Shown here piece after piece: positions 7,969 to 17,264 of a DNA stretch of 42,409 nucleotides. Numbering within the stretch: position 1 is the stretch's first letter; each line of letters starts with the position of its first letter. The notes beneath the pieces are model-generated. The model was given only the letters and a program-made list of their open reading frames with translations. It was not told the origin of the DNA and made no database searches. The DNA is from a virus: UHGV virus genome UHGV-0357081, one strand, 5' to 3'. Both the position numbers and the translations under genes were made by a program.

Positions 7969-9184
7969 TGTAATCGCTCCTTCCTTCTATGGCGTTCACT
8001 GGGATATCCTGGACAACAATCATACATATTATGACCTTTACGGTGGGCGCGGTTCCACAAAGTCCTCTTTCATATCCGTTGAAATCATACTGGGAATGAT
8101 GGATGACCCAGAGGCCAATGCGGTAGTGTTTCGTAAGTACGCCGTAACCATCGGAGAATCAGTATTTGAACAGATACAGTGGGCGATAGACGCATTAGGA
8201 GTAACAGATTTATGGGAATCCCGTACAAGCCCATACAGATTCGTTTATAAGCCAACAGGACAAAAGATAATATTCCGTGGACTTGATAAGGCAAAGAAAA
8301 CAAAGTCAATTAAAGCCAGTAAGGGATACTTTAAATATTTATGGTTCGAGGAACTGGACGAATTTGCAGGGCCGGAGGAAATACGAACTGTTGAGCAGTC
8401 AGTGTTACGTGGCGGCAGCAAGTTTGTTGTATTCAAATCCTTTAACCCACCCATCAGTCAAAGCAACTGGGCTAATCAGTATGTAAATACGCCGGATGAT
8501 AGCGCATACAGGCATAAAAGCGATTACCGTTCCGTACCGGCAGAGTGGTTAGGAGAAATGTTTATTGAGCGTGCCGAACATCTTAAATCTACCAATGAGC
8601 GGGCATATAACCATGAGTATTTAGGATTACCTGTTGGGCTTGGTACAAATATATTTGACATGCTGGATATACGGACCATTACAGATGATGAAATCAAGGG
8701 ATACCAAAGCATTTACCAAGGACAGGACTGGGGCTGGTTCCCGGACCCCAAAGCCTTTATCCGGGCCGCTTACATACCAAACAAAGAATTGGTTGTGCTG
8801 CTTGACGAAATGGGGGGCTGTAAAATCCGTAATAGTAAGATGGCGGAGGATATACAGACGGCTGGGTACGATGATTATACAATCTATTGCGGTGTGGATG
8901 AAGAAGAAAGCATTATAGACTTCCGTGACGCTGGTTTACCGGCCCGTAGAGCCATTGTAACACCGGGTAGTAGGAAATATACCTTTGAGTGGTTGCAGTG
9001 CCGTACAATCGTTATAGACCCGGCACGTACACCGCGAGCATACAAAGAAATCATAGAATATGAGCATGAGGTTGACAGCAACGGTGAGGTGATATCGGAT
9101 TACCCAGATGGAAACGACCACTGGATTGATGCACTCCGATATGCCACAAGTCCATTATCAATGAAAAGGGGGAACAGCGCATAA
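7925..9184 (+). CDS. terL: terminase large subunit (PBSX/XtmB-like)
   Basis: Walker A GGRGSTKS near the N-terminus; ~420 aa; acidic nuclease-region motifs at the C-terminus. TTG start with AGGAGGG RBS, overlapping the terS end. Confidence 0.85.
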   Translation: MSTTYQDQTTINLTDVIAPSFYGVHWDILDNNHTYYDLYGGRGSTKSSFISVEIILGMMDDPEANAVVFRKYAVTIGESVFEQIQWAIDALGVTDLWESRTSPYRFVYKPTGQKIIFRGLDKAKKTKSIKASKGYFKYLWFEELDEFAGPEEIRTVEQSVLRGGSKFVVFKSFNPPISQSNWANQYVNTPDDSAYRHKSDYRSVPAEWLGEMFIERAEHLKSTNERAYNHEYLGLPVGLGTNIFDMLDIRTITDDEIKGYQSIYQGQDWGWFPDPKAFIRAAYIPNKELVVLLDEMGGCKIRNSKMAEDIQTAGYDDYTIYCGVDEEESIIDFRDAGLPARRAIVTPGSRKYTFEWLQCRTIVIDPARTPRAYKEIIEYEHEVDSNGEVISDYPDGNDHWIDALRYATSPLSMKRGNSA

Positions 9185-9393
9185 TGAATGTATTAGAACA
9201 TTTTATTTTGTCTGTCTATAAAATTGAAGATATCACAGATGAATATGAAAAAAAGTTCGGAAAACCATCTAAGGAAAAACTACTGAAAGTTTTTCTGGAG
9301 TATGATTGCTATGGACAGAAAGACAAAACGGAATTGGTATTTAGGGAAACAGAATGGAATACGGCAAAGGAAAATGGGTATTTCTTGGCATAA
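9184..9393 (+). CDS. hypothetical protein
   Basis: 69-aa ORF between terL and the portal gene. Confidence 0.4.
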   Translation: MNVLEHFILSVYKIEDITDEYEKKFGKPSKEKLLKVFLEYDCYGQKDKTELVFRETEWNTAKENGYFLA

Positions 9394-9402
9394 GGTGACT
9401 AA

Positions 9403-10836
9403 ATGGGACTAATAACATGGGCTAAAAAGGTGATAGGAATGATATTCAAGCGACAGGCAGAAGAAGATTTTAACGTTGAATCAGTGGTATCCCCGGAGAT
9501 GGAAAGCAAGATTACAGAGTGCGCCAATATCTACCGGGGTACTCCCTATTGGGTAAATGCTGACGATAACGTTAAGACAATCAACTTTGCAAAGGCTATA
9601 TGCTCAGAGACGGCCCGGCTTGCTACTTTGGCAATCGGAATACAGATTGACGGGAGCGCGCGAGCGACATGGCTCCAGGAACAGATTGATAAGATATATT
9701 TCCAGATTAGACATTGGGTAGAATATGGTATGGCCTACGGCACAATCATACTTAAGCCAAACGGTAAGGGACTGGACATATTCACACCCATGGATTTTAT
9801 CATTACAGACTGCGACAATGAAGGTATATACGGAATCGTATTCAAGGATAGCTACAGCGAAAATGATAAGTATTATACCCGGTTTGAGTATCATCGGTTT
9901 GTCGAAGTCAAAGATGGAGAGAACACCTATTACCCATATTACATATCCAATAGAGCTTATGTGTCTCACTCTGCAAAAAGCGTGGGGGAACCGATAGCAT
10001 TAAACAGGACTAAGTGGTCCGACTTGCTTCCAGAGACTCCACCTATACTTAAAGCAAACAATGAGAAAATAGATGGTCCCATGTTTGGCATACTACGCAC
10101 TCCACAGGCTAATAATTTGGATATTTCATCACCTTTAGGATTGCCAATATATGCCGAGGCCATAGAAGAATTAAAGGACCTTGATATAGCATACAGCCGA
10201 AACGTGGGTGAAATATTTGACAGTGAGAAGATTATATTGGCAGACGACCAGCTGATGTTTGGAAGCGGTACAAACATTAAAGGCCGTTATGCTGGCATGA
10301 GCAATGAAAAGCTTCCTCATTATGTTAAAAATGTATTTGGAAATGGAACAGAGTCTTTCTATCAGGAGATTGTTCCATCGTTGAATACTGATATTAGAAT
10401 TACCGGAATAAACAACCTACTCTCATTTGTGGGATTTAAGTGTGGATATTCCAATGGGTATTTTGTGCTTGATGAAAAAACAGGAATGGTCACAGCCACA
10501 CAGGTAGAGGCTGACGACAGGAGAACCATACAGCTAATCAAGGATGTGCGCGACAAACTGGAAAGTTGTCTTGACGGGGCAATATATGCGCTCAATGTAT
10601 ATGCTGACCTGTACGGACTGGCACCAGCCGGAAACTACGAAATAACATATGATTTTGGGGACATTACATACAACCGTGAAGAGGACCGGGCAAGATGGTG
10701 GCAGTATGTTGTGCAGGGGAAGGTACCACCCTGGATGTATTTCCAGAAGTTTGAGGGATTATCTGAAGAAGATGCAAAAGCTATGGTAAAGGAAGCACAG
10801 CCGAAGGATGGACCTAGGATGTTTGAGGAGGAATAA
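9403..10836 (+). CDS. portal protein (SPP1 gp6-like)
   Basis: 477-aa protein immediately after the terminase, with size and order typical of SPP1-family portals. Confidence 0.75.
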   Translation: MGLITWAKKVIGMIFKRQAEEDFNVESVVSPEMESKITECANIYRGTPYWVNADDNVKTINFAKAICSETARLATLAIGIQIDGSARATWLQEQIDKIYFQIRHWVEYGMAYGTIILKPNGKGLDIFTPMDFIITDCDNEGIYGIVFKDSYSENDKYYTRFEYHRFVEVKDGENTYYPYYISNRAYVSHSAKSVGEPIALNRTKWSDLLPETPPILKANNEKIDGPMFGILRTPQANNLDISSPLGLPIYAEAIEELKDLDIAYSRNVGEIFDSEKIILADDQLMFGSGTNIKGRYAGMSNEKLPHYVKNVFGNGTESFYQEIVPSLNTDIRITGINNLLSFVGFKCGYSNGYFVLDEKTGMVTATQVEADDRRTIQLIKDVRDKLESCLDGAIYALNVYADLYGLAPAGNYEITYDFGDITYNREEDRARWWQYVVQGKVPPWMYFQKFEGLSEEDAKAMVKEAQPKDGPRMFEEE

Positions 10837-10942
10837 ATTGAGAAGCTTATTAATTTGGATAGTATTCAATATACCACTTGGTCCATTTGCCCCGAAAGTA
10901 TTTGAATGGTCGATTAGACATAAGGGAAAGAAGGAAGAGTAA

Positions 10943-12175
10943 ATGTTAAGCCCTGATTACCTTGCAAGAATCGCAGAAGGAAGCGAAGAAATAGCCTCAC
11001 AGCTTCATACATACATTATCCGTCAGATAATAGACCGCATGATGATACGCATAGGCCGCGGCGATGATTACCTGCTCACCTCCTCTGACCGATGGCGAAT
11101 ACAGATATTGCAGGATGCAGGATATCTGCTGGAGGACATAACGGCAGAGTTATCCAAAATCACTAAGCGACAGGAAAAAGAAATCAAAGCGGCTATGGAG
11201 GAGGCGGGAATCAAGGCTTTGAAATATGACGATAAGATATACCAAGCTGCCGGACTGTCCCCTATGCCGCTGACGCAATCCCCGGCGCTTATCCGGCTGA
11301 TGGAACGGAATTATCGGGCAACGCTGGGGGAATGGAAAAACTACACTAGGACAACGGCGCAATCTGCTCAAAGATTATTTATTAATGAGTGCGATATGGC
11401 CTATAACAAAGTTATGAGTGGAGCAACATCTTACACACAAGCAGTTAAAGAGGCCGTAGAAAATGTGACCAGTGGGGGTATTACTCTTATTCAATACAGA
11501 AGCAAAAATACTGGAGACATAAGAAATGACACGATAGAAACAGCTACGGCGCGGGCTGTGCGGACAGGTATATCACAGGCAACAGCACAGATAACATTGA
11601 AGCGCATGGAAGAAATGAAATGGGAAGTCGTGCTTGTGTCTGCACATGTAGGCGCAAGAAATATTGGAGGAATACCAGAGAATCATGAACTTTGGCAAGG
11701 AAAATTCTACAGCCTCCCACAATATGGACATAGATTTCCGGATTTCTACTATTCTACAGGGTATGGAGATATTACCGGGCTATGTGGAGTAAATTGCAGG
11801 CATAGTTTTGGCCCAAGTGATGGAGAAAATAATCCGTATGACCCAATAGACACAGAGGAAAATCGAAATCAGTACGAAAAGGAGCAACGCCAGCGAACGC
11901 TTGAACGCCGCATCCGCAAGACCAAGCGCGAGGTTATGGGCCTGCAAGAGGCCGTAGAGAAATGCCAGGACAAGGCGGCAAAGTTTGAGCTACAGCAGGC
12001 GCTTGACCAAAAGTCCTATCTGCTTCAGCGACAGAATGGGGTATACAGCGAGTTTTGTAAGGAGAATAACCTTAGAACTCAGTCAGAGAGATTACAGATT
12101 GCCCGCTGGAGCCGTGAACAGGCTGCAAAGGCCAGAGGGGCTGCAAGGCGGTATCAAAATGCGAAAGGGGAATGA
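10943..12175 (+). CDS. head morphogenesis / minor head protein (SPP1 gp7 / Mu F-like)
   Basis: Position after the portal. Conserved GARNIGGIPENHELWQGKFYSL...GLCGVNCRHSF segment characteristic of Phage_Mu_F/gp7 domains. Charged C-terminal coiled tail. Confidence 0.7.
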   Translation: MLSPDYLARIAEGSEEIASQLHTYIIRQIIDRMMIRIGRGDDYLLTSSDRWRIQILQDAGYLLEDITAELSKITKRQEKEIKAAMEEAGIKALKYDDKIYQAAGLSPMPLTQSPALIRLMERNYRATLGEWKNYTRTTAQSAQRLFINECDMAYNKVMSGATSYTQAVKEAVENVTSGGITLIQYRSKNTGDIRNDTIETATARAVRTGISQATAQITLKRMEEMKWEVVLVSAHVGARNIGGIPENHELWQGKFYSLPQYGHRFPDFYYSTGYGDITGLCGVNCRHSFGPSDGENNPYDPIDTEENRNQYEKEQRQRTLERRIRKTKREVMGLQEAVEKCQDKAAKFELQQALDQKSYLLQRQNGVYSEFCKENNLRTQSERLQIARWSREQAAKARGAARRYQNAKGE

Positions 12176-12561
12176 ATTTGAATAGATGGAAACCATATAA
12201 CCCTAACCCAGTCCGTAATCAGCGTGTAGGCGACTGTGCCATACGTGCAATTTGCAAAGCAACCGGACAGGATTGGGAAACCGCCTTTGCTGGCGTTATG
12301 GTGGTGGCGTGCGAGAAATCAGATATGCCGTCAGCTAACAGCGTGTGGGGGACATATCTCAGGCGCAACGGGTTTCGGAGAAACATTATACCAGACGAAT
12401 ATCCAGAAGATTATACCGTGGAAGAATTTTCGGCAGACCACCAAAACGGAGTGTTTGTTCTTGGGCTTGATGGTCATGTGGTAACGGTTGTGGACGGATT
12501 TTACTGGGACACATGGGACAGCGGTCAAGAAATACCAATATACTACTGGGAAAGGCGATAA
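12172..12561 (+). CDS. C39-like (papain-fold) cysteine peptidase domain protein
   Basis: NQRVGDCAIRAI (Gln...Cys nucleophile context) followed by GHVVTVVDGFYWDTWD (His then Asp), arranged as in Peptidase_C39_2-type domains. Confidence 0.35.
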   Translation: MNLNRWKPYNPNPVRNQRVGDCAIRAICKATGQDWETAFAGVMVVACEKSDMPSANSVWGTYLRRNGFRRNIIPDEYPEDYTVEEFSADHQNGVFVLGLDGHVVTVVDGFYWDTWDSGQEIPIYYWERR

Positions 12562-12564
12562 CTT

Positions 12565-12858
12565 ATGGAAACATTAAACTCTATTATGGTTGTATGCGGT
12601 TGGCTTATTACTCTTGGAGGAGCAGGAACCGTAATATATAAATTGTTTCACCCGGCATTTAAGCTAAAAAACAGAGTGGATAAATTAGAAATAAATGTGG
12701 AAAAGGATTATAAATCTATCCAAGAAATAAGAGATATGCAATCTCTTTTATGCCAGGGAATGATAGCATTAATTGATAATCGTATAACCGGTAACAACAT
12801 AGAGGGTTTAAAAAAAACCAAAGAAGCTATGATAAAGCATTTGTCAGAGGGTATTTAA
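12565..12858 (+). CDS. small membrane-anchored coiled-coil protein
   Basis: N-terminal TM helix (VVCGWLITLGGAGTVIY) then a charged helical region. Confidence 0.35.
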   Translation: METLNSIMVVCGWLITLGGAGTVIYKLFHPAFKLKNRVDKLEINVEKDYKSIQEIRDMQSLLCQGMIALIDNRITGNNIEGLKKTKEAMIKHLSEGI

Positions 12859-12869
12859 GGAGCGTTGCT

Positions 12870-13070
12870 TTGAAGGTATATGACTTTACAGTGCCAGAAC
12901 TAAATTATTTTCGTACATATTGTAACTTTACGGATGAAGAACGGGCGCTGTTTGAGTACCGGGCTAAAAATTATCCTTTGGAATATTGCGCTGAACTAAT
13001 GAATGTAAGTGTATCCACAGCCAAGAGATTGAGCCGAAAAGTCAACAATAAAATAATTAGAGTATGCTGA
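12870..13070 (+). CDS. small sigma-70 region-4-like HTH protein (candidate late-gene regulator)
   Basis: C-terminal EYCAELMNVSVSTAKRLSRKV resembles the sigma region 4 / ArpU-RinA-type HTH. Confidence 0.3.
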   Translation: MKVYDFTVPELNYFRTYCNFTDEERALFEYRAKNYPLEYCAELMNVSVSTAKRLSRKVNNKIIRVC

Positions 13071-13162
13071 TACTTGCATGATACTTTTATAAGTCTTTGA
13101 CGAACTGTCAGAGGCTTATTTTTTATGGGATAATTGGATTATAAAAGAACGGAGGGGATTTA

Positions 13163-13633
13163 ATGCCGCAACCATTTATCAATCCAAACTATCTGAATAC
13201 ATATCCAAACGCATACCCATATCAACCACAGATGCAACCACCTATGGACCGATTGCAGCAGCTACAGGCACCATACCAGATGCCGCAACAGACGCAGGTT
13301 CCACAGGTCCCGCAGACCAACCAGGGAATATTATGGGTGCAGGGTGAGGCCGGGGCAAAGTCGTATTTAGTAGCGCCCAGCACATCCATATTGCTGATGG
13401 ACAGCGAAAATGAGTATTTTTATATTAAGACAACCGATGCAGCAGGGATGCCAACACTCCGCACTTTTGAATATAAAGAGATTGTAAATGGTCAGAAGAA
13501 GGAAATTGCACCGACTGAAAATCTGGATGAAAAGTATGTTACCAGAAACGAGTATCAGGATTTAAAGGCAAAATATGATGAATTATATGGCCTTTTAGAA
13601 TCCAGCACAGCGCCAAGCGGAAAGGGGAAATAA
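13163..13633 (+). CDS. Q/P-rich hypothetical protein
   Basis: N-terminal 60 aa is low-complexity P/Q/Y-rich, followed by a globular region. Good RBS GGAGGGG. Confidence 0.35.
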   Translation: MPQPFINPNYLNTYPNAYPYQPQMQPPMDRLQQLQAPYQMPQQTQVPQVPQTNQGILWVQGEAGAKSYLVAPSTSILLMDSENEYFYIKTTDAAGMPTLRTFEYKEIVNGQKKEIAPTENLDEKYVTRNEYQDLKAKYDELYGLLESSTAPSGKGK

Positions 13634-13636
13634 TAT

Positions 13637-13885
13637 ATGAATCCATTATTTAGCATGTTGGGCGGCGGCTCACCAATGGGCGGCATGATGCCTGGAATGG
13701 GCGGGGGAAACAACCCAATGCAGATGATTCAGAAGTTTATGGAATTTAAGAACAACTTCAAAGGGAATCCCCAGGAAGAAGTGCAGAAGATGCTACAGTC
13801 TGGGCAGATAACTCAGCAGCAGTTAGACCAGGCACAACAGATGGCCCAGCAGTTTCAGCAGATGCTTGGGGGCATGAAAAAATAG
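13637..13885 (+). CDS. G/M/Q-rich low-complexity small protein
   Basis: GGGSPMGGMMPGMGGGNNPMQM... then a Q-rich helix. RBS AAGGGGAAA. Confidence 0.35.
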   Translation: MNPLFSMLGGGSPMGGMMPGMGGGNNPMQMIQKFMEFKNNFKGNPQEEVQKMLQSGQITQQQLDQAQQMAQQFQQMLGGMKK

Positions 13886-13939
13886 TACACAAATCAATGC
13901 GCATGATTTTGTAAATAAATTTTAAAGGAGTAAATATTT

Positions 13940-14641
13940 ATGGAAAGTGGTTACTCTTTAGCGGACATTGCAGCCGCTACAGGAAACAATAACAGAAATG
14001 GTGACGGTATGTGGGGCGACTGGATTTGGATTATCGTTCTCTTTCTATTTGCTGGTGGAGGCTGGGGCAATGGCTTTGGCGGAAACGGTGTAAATGGCGC
14101 AGGACTCCAGGGTCTTGCAACCAGAGCAGATATCAATGAGGGCTTTGCTTTGAATGGTATAGAAAACGGAATTAGAGGTATCCAGCAGGGTATCTGTGAC
14201 AGCACATACGCACTGAACAACACTATTACTAGCGGATTCAATGGTGTTGACCGGAGCTTATGCCAGATGGGCTATCAGCTCCAGGATTGCTGCTGCCAGA
14301 CACAGCGCGCAATTGACGGCGTAAACTACAATCTGGCTACACAGTCATGTGATACCAGAAATACCATTCAGACTGCAACCAGAGATATTCTGGACAATAA
14401 CAATAGCAACACAAGAGCTATTCTTGACTTCTTAACCCAAGATAAGATTTCCACTTTACAGGCAGAGAATCAGACACTTAGGTTCCAGGCAAGTCAGACT
14501 TCCCAGAATGGTTTTATTGATGCGGTTGGTAACTCAATCGTTGCCCAGCTTCGTCAGCCGCAGCCTGTACCGGCTTATACAGTACCGGCGCCATATCCAT
14601 ATGCATCTAATTGTGGGTGCAATGCTGGATGCGGATGCTAA
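13940..14641 (+). CDS. Gly-rich membrane protein with YjcZ-like N-terminus and Cys-rich C-terminus
   Basis: GMWGDWIWIIVLFLFAGGGWGNGFGGNG resembles YjcZ-family sporulation peptides. Internal CCC motif and C-terminal CGCNAGCGC. RBS AAAGGAG. Confidence 0.35.
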   Translation: MESGYSLADIAAATGNNNRNGDGMWGDWIWIIVLFLFAGGGWGNGFGGNGVNGAGLQGLATRADINEGFALNGIENGIRGIQQGICDSTYALNNTITSGFNGVDRSLCQMGYQLQDCCCQTQRAIDGVNYNLATQSCDTRNTIQTATRDILDNNNSNTRAILDFLTQDKISTLQAENQTLRFQASQTSQNGFIDAVGNSIVAQLRQPQPVPAYTVPAPYPYASNCGCNAGCGC

Positions 14642-14847
14642 CTCGAAACGAACAGTTTTACGATAATCTTGCTTTATATGCAGCAGCATTACAAATGATT
14701 GATGTGTTTTTGCTTTTGGGAGAAGCTTCTAATAATGATATTATGGAGGCGCTTCAACAGCAAAATAAAGAATACATGGAAAAGGTTATCTACCAAAACA
14801 ACCGCATATTGCGTATCTTGTCCGAAAAGGACATGTCTACTGAATAG
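14611..14847 (+). CDS. hypothetical protein (start uncertain)
   Basis: 78-aa ORF overlapping the upstream gene. An internal ATG at 14696 is an alternative start. Confidence 0.2.
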   Translation: MWVQCWMRMLTRNEQFYDNLALYAAALQMIDVFLLLGEASNNDIMEALQQQNKEYMEKVIYQNNRILRILSEKDMSTE

Positions 14848-14912
14848 TAGTATTACACACATGGAGGGGTAGGCACAGGCTTGCCCTTCTGTGCATATAA
14901 GGAGGAATTATT

Positions 14913-15311
14913 ATGGCAGATTTTGTAACTGCTGGCACACAGACCGTTGAAGTCAATGCAAGTGTTTTGTTTGCAGCAAATCGGATATATTCTTGCAATT
15001 GTCCAAATATAAGACATGAGCCGCTTTCTGGGAGAGTAGTTTTACTTCCTGGCCTGTACCGTGTAGGATTTAACGGAAACTTTTCCGCAGCTGCGGCAGG
15101 AGATGTAATTTTTGAAATACAGCAGGACGGCGAAGGCATTCCCGGTGCAAGAATCCAGAACACAGTTGCCGCTGGCGCAACAATCAATGGTTCCGCAACT
15201 GTAGAAGTACGAGTATGCAAACCATGTTGCGCTACACTGTCGGTGAAAAACGTTGGAACCGCAGCGGCGACAGTATCAGACGCTAACCTTGTAGTTAGCA
15301 GAATAGGTTAA
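14913..15311 (+). CDS. BclA C-terminal-domain-like (C1q/TNF-like) beta-rich protein
   Basis: Strong RBS AAGGAGGAATTATT-ATG. GLYRVGFNGNFS...GATINGSATVEV...DANLVVSRIG resembles the collagen-less exosporium BclA C-terminal domain family. Confidence 0.35.
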   Translation: MADFVTAGTQTVEVNASVLFAANRIYSCNCPNIRHEPLSGRVVLLPGLYRVGFNGNFSAAAAGDVIFEIQQDGEGIPGARIQNTVAAGATINGSATVEVRVCKPCCATLSVKNVGTAAATVSDANLVVSRIG

Positions 15312-15323
15312 GGAGGTAAGGCT

Positions 15324-15863
15324 ATGAGTTATAAATTAATGCAAAAAATCCACGAAGAGCTGGACAATATTGCGGAGAAGGGCCTGAACACCAGCAACCT
15401 TGAAAACGCATACAAACTGATTGACATGTGGAAAGACATGGAGAATGTGGAGTACTGGAAGTGCAAAGAAGAGTACTACAATCAGGTAATGGATGAAATG
15501 GACGGCGGAGAATACAGCGAAGCGCGCCGCAAGCGCGACAGCATGGGACGTTATAGCCGTGCTGACGGAATGTCGCAGGACTATGATAATGACAGCTCAT
15601 ATCGCGGCACACGTGGAAAGCATTACGTCAGAGGTCATTACAGTCGCGCCACTGGACCGGCCTATGATGACTACATGAACCAGAAGCAGAGCTACAGAAA
15701 CGGCGGAAAAGATGAAGATTGTAAGCGGCGTATGCTTGCAGCCTTGGAAGAGCATATGGACGCTTTAGCAAATGAAATCGGGGAAATGAGTGCCGATGCC
15801 GAATGCAGAGAGGAAAGGGAGGTCATGAAGCGCTATATAGACAAACTGCGCAACATGATGTAA
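15324..15863 (+). CDS. hypothetical charged protein
   Basis: RBS AAGGAGGTAAGGCT-ATG. 179 aa, R/D/Y-rich. Followed by a terminator. Confidence 0.45.
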   Translation: MSYKLMQKIHEELDNIAEKGLNTSNLENAYKLIDMWKDMENVEYWKCKEEYYNQVMDEMDGGEYSEARRKRDSMGRYSRADGMSQDYDNDSSYRGTRGKHYVRGHYSRATGPAYDDYMNQKQSYRNGGKDEDCKRRMLAALEEHMDALANEIGEMSADAECREEREVMKRYIDKLRNMM

Positions 15864-15868
15864 TACAA

Positions 15869-15897
15869 AAGGCAGGATTAATTTCCTGCCTTTTTAT
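15869..15897. terminator. bidirectional rho-independent terminator
   Basis: GGCAGGATTAATTTCCTGCC perfect hairpin flanked by an A-run and TTTTTAT, between convergent genes. Confidence 0.7.
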
Positions 15898-16855
15898 GAT
15901 GAATTTGTACAGGACGTGTCAAAGCATCTATAATGTTCCACCCGCTATATATGCGACTATGTACTCTTGCATAAGAAGCATTGTATTCTCTACACCATTC
16001 CGCAAGAGATTTCGTTGTTCCGTCTATTTCAAACATCAAATTTCTGTTTGTATTATTGTTCTGCTCAATAATTGTAGCCCATCTACAATTTGAAGGTTCA
16101 TAATTTTTTGAACTATCTATCCTATCAATGGATAAGTTATCTGAATACCCGTTTTCTAAAGCCCATTTTTTGAAGTTATTGTAATCTTTCCATTCGTCAC
16201 ATACAGAAATCCCTTTTCCACCATATAAATAGTACGAATCATGTTTTACACTGCTACAGCGAAACAACATATCGCTCCATATTCTATAAATCCTGGTTTT
16301 GGTATCTCCATGAGTTTTATTTCTTTGTATTATGGACTCTCTGCTATAACATCCACACGATTTAGTATGCCCGGTTGTCAAATCTTGTTGATGAACAATA
16401 CTTATATTCCCACAATCACATTTACATTCCCATAAAGTTTGATTTCCCTTGCTTTTTCCGGCATATCGAATAGCGACCAATCTTCCAAATCGCTTTCCTG
16501 AAATGTCCTCTACTCTTGATTTTCGGCAATCGGGGCATGACTTGTTGTATTTGGATTTTAAAGTATTATCACTGGTAACAAATATTTTCCCGCAATCGCA
16601 TTGGCATTCATATTGCGTATATGATTTTGTTTTCGGAAGCTTTCGCAGTACAGTTAATTTTCCGATTTTCTTACCTATAAAATCATCTTTATTGGCACAT
16701 CCGCAAGATTTTGTTTTTCCGTTACGCAAATTTCCGGTATAGATTTTTCGTGTCGTTCCGCAATCGCAACGGCATAGATAATACAAATTTCCCAGATATT
16801 CCAACACCGTCCACATTCCAAACTTTTGACCTGTTAAATCAATTCTTTTTGTCAT
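15878..16855 (-). CDS. HNH/AP2 homing-endonuclease-like protein with three N-terminal Cys-rich repeats
   Basis: Three repeats of G.[KR]FG.L.V......W.C.CDCG......L..G.T.SCGC, then RIYRIWSDMLFRC...DRIDSSKNYEPSNCRWAT (HNH_3/AP2-type). Start set at the internal ATG preceded by AGAAAGGGG. Confidence 0.65.
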   Translation of the reverse strand: MTKRIDLTGQKFGMWTVLEYLGNLYYLCRCDCGTTRKIYTGNLRNGKTKSCGCANKDDFIGKKIGKLTVLRKLPKTKSYTQYECQCDCGKIFVTSDNTLKSKYNKSCPDCRKSRVEDISGKRFGRLVAIRYAGKSKGNQTLWECKCDCGNISIVHQQDLTTGHTKSCGCYSRESIIQRNKTHGDTKTRIYRIWSDMLFRCSSVKHDSYYLYGGKGISVCDEWKDYNNFKKWALENGYSDNLSIDRIDSSKNYEPSNCRWATIIEQNNNTNRNLMFEIDGTTKSLAEWCREYNASYARVHSRIYSGWNIIDALTRPVQIHHKKAGN

Positions 16856-16880
16856 TAAGTAACCCCTTTCTATATTCAAT

Positions 16881-16909
16881 ATTATATCATAAGAACGAGA
16901 AACAATCAA
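16881..16909 (-). promoter_or_regulatory. sigma-70-like promoter for the HNH gene
   Basis: Minus-strand TTGATT-17-TATAAT with extended TG. Plus-strand equivalents are AATCAA at 16904-16909 and ATTATA at 16881-16886. Confidence 0.4.
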
Positions 16910-16922
16910 TTAGTACATAGTT

Positions 16923-16996
16923 AAAATGTGGGGATACGAAGAGTAAAATAATCTGGTATAATGAGAGGGGATATCTAACCTTACAAAATGTGGGGA
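16923..16996 (+). promoter_or_regulatory. candidate late promoter flanked by AAAATGTGGGGA direct repeats
   Basis: Extended -10 TGgTATAAT at 16954-16962 with no good -35. The 12-mer AAAATGTGGGGA occurs at 16923-16934 (abutting the -35 position) and 16985-16996. Confidence 0.35.
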
Positions 16997-17055
16997 CGAT
17001 TATTTTTTTCTAATACGGTAAAATAGGAGTAGGAATAAGCAGAAAGGGTGAAAAC

Positions 17056-17241
17056 ATGGTAAAAGACAGTTGGGTGTACTGCCCTATATGTAACAATAAA
17101 ACTCGGACTAAAATACGACCAGATACGGTTGCGAAAAACCTTCCCGTATTTTGCCCTGTATGCAAGAATACATCCATAATGAATATTGCAAAAGGAAAAG
17201 CAAGTGATTTAGATAAAAGTGGTTTATCACCTGCAACATAA
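17056..17241 (+). CDS. small zinc-ribbon protein
   Basis: CPICN...17 aa...CPVCKN (two CxxC). RBS AGGAGTAGGAATAAG upstream. Confidence 0.45.
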   Translation: MVKDSWVYCPICNNKTRTKIRPDTVAKNLPVFCPVCKNTSIMNIAKGKASDLDKSGLSPAT

Positions 17242-17264
17242 CTTTAGAGCCAGACGCCAGACGC

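Noticed and set aside
16241-16920. Plus-strand ORFs 16241..16435, 16449..16742 and 16711..16920.
   Set aside because: They are antisense to the HNH/AP2 gene, which has a clear domain architecture, promoter and terminator.
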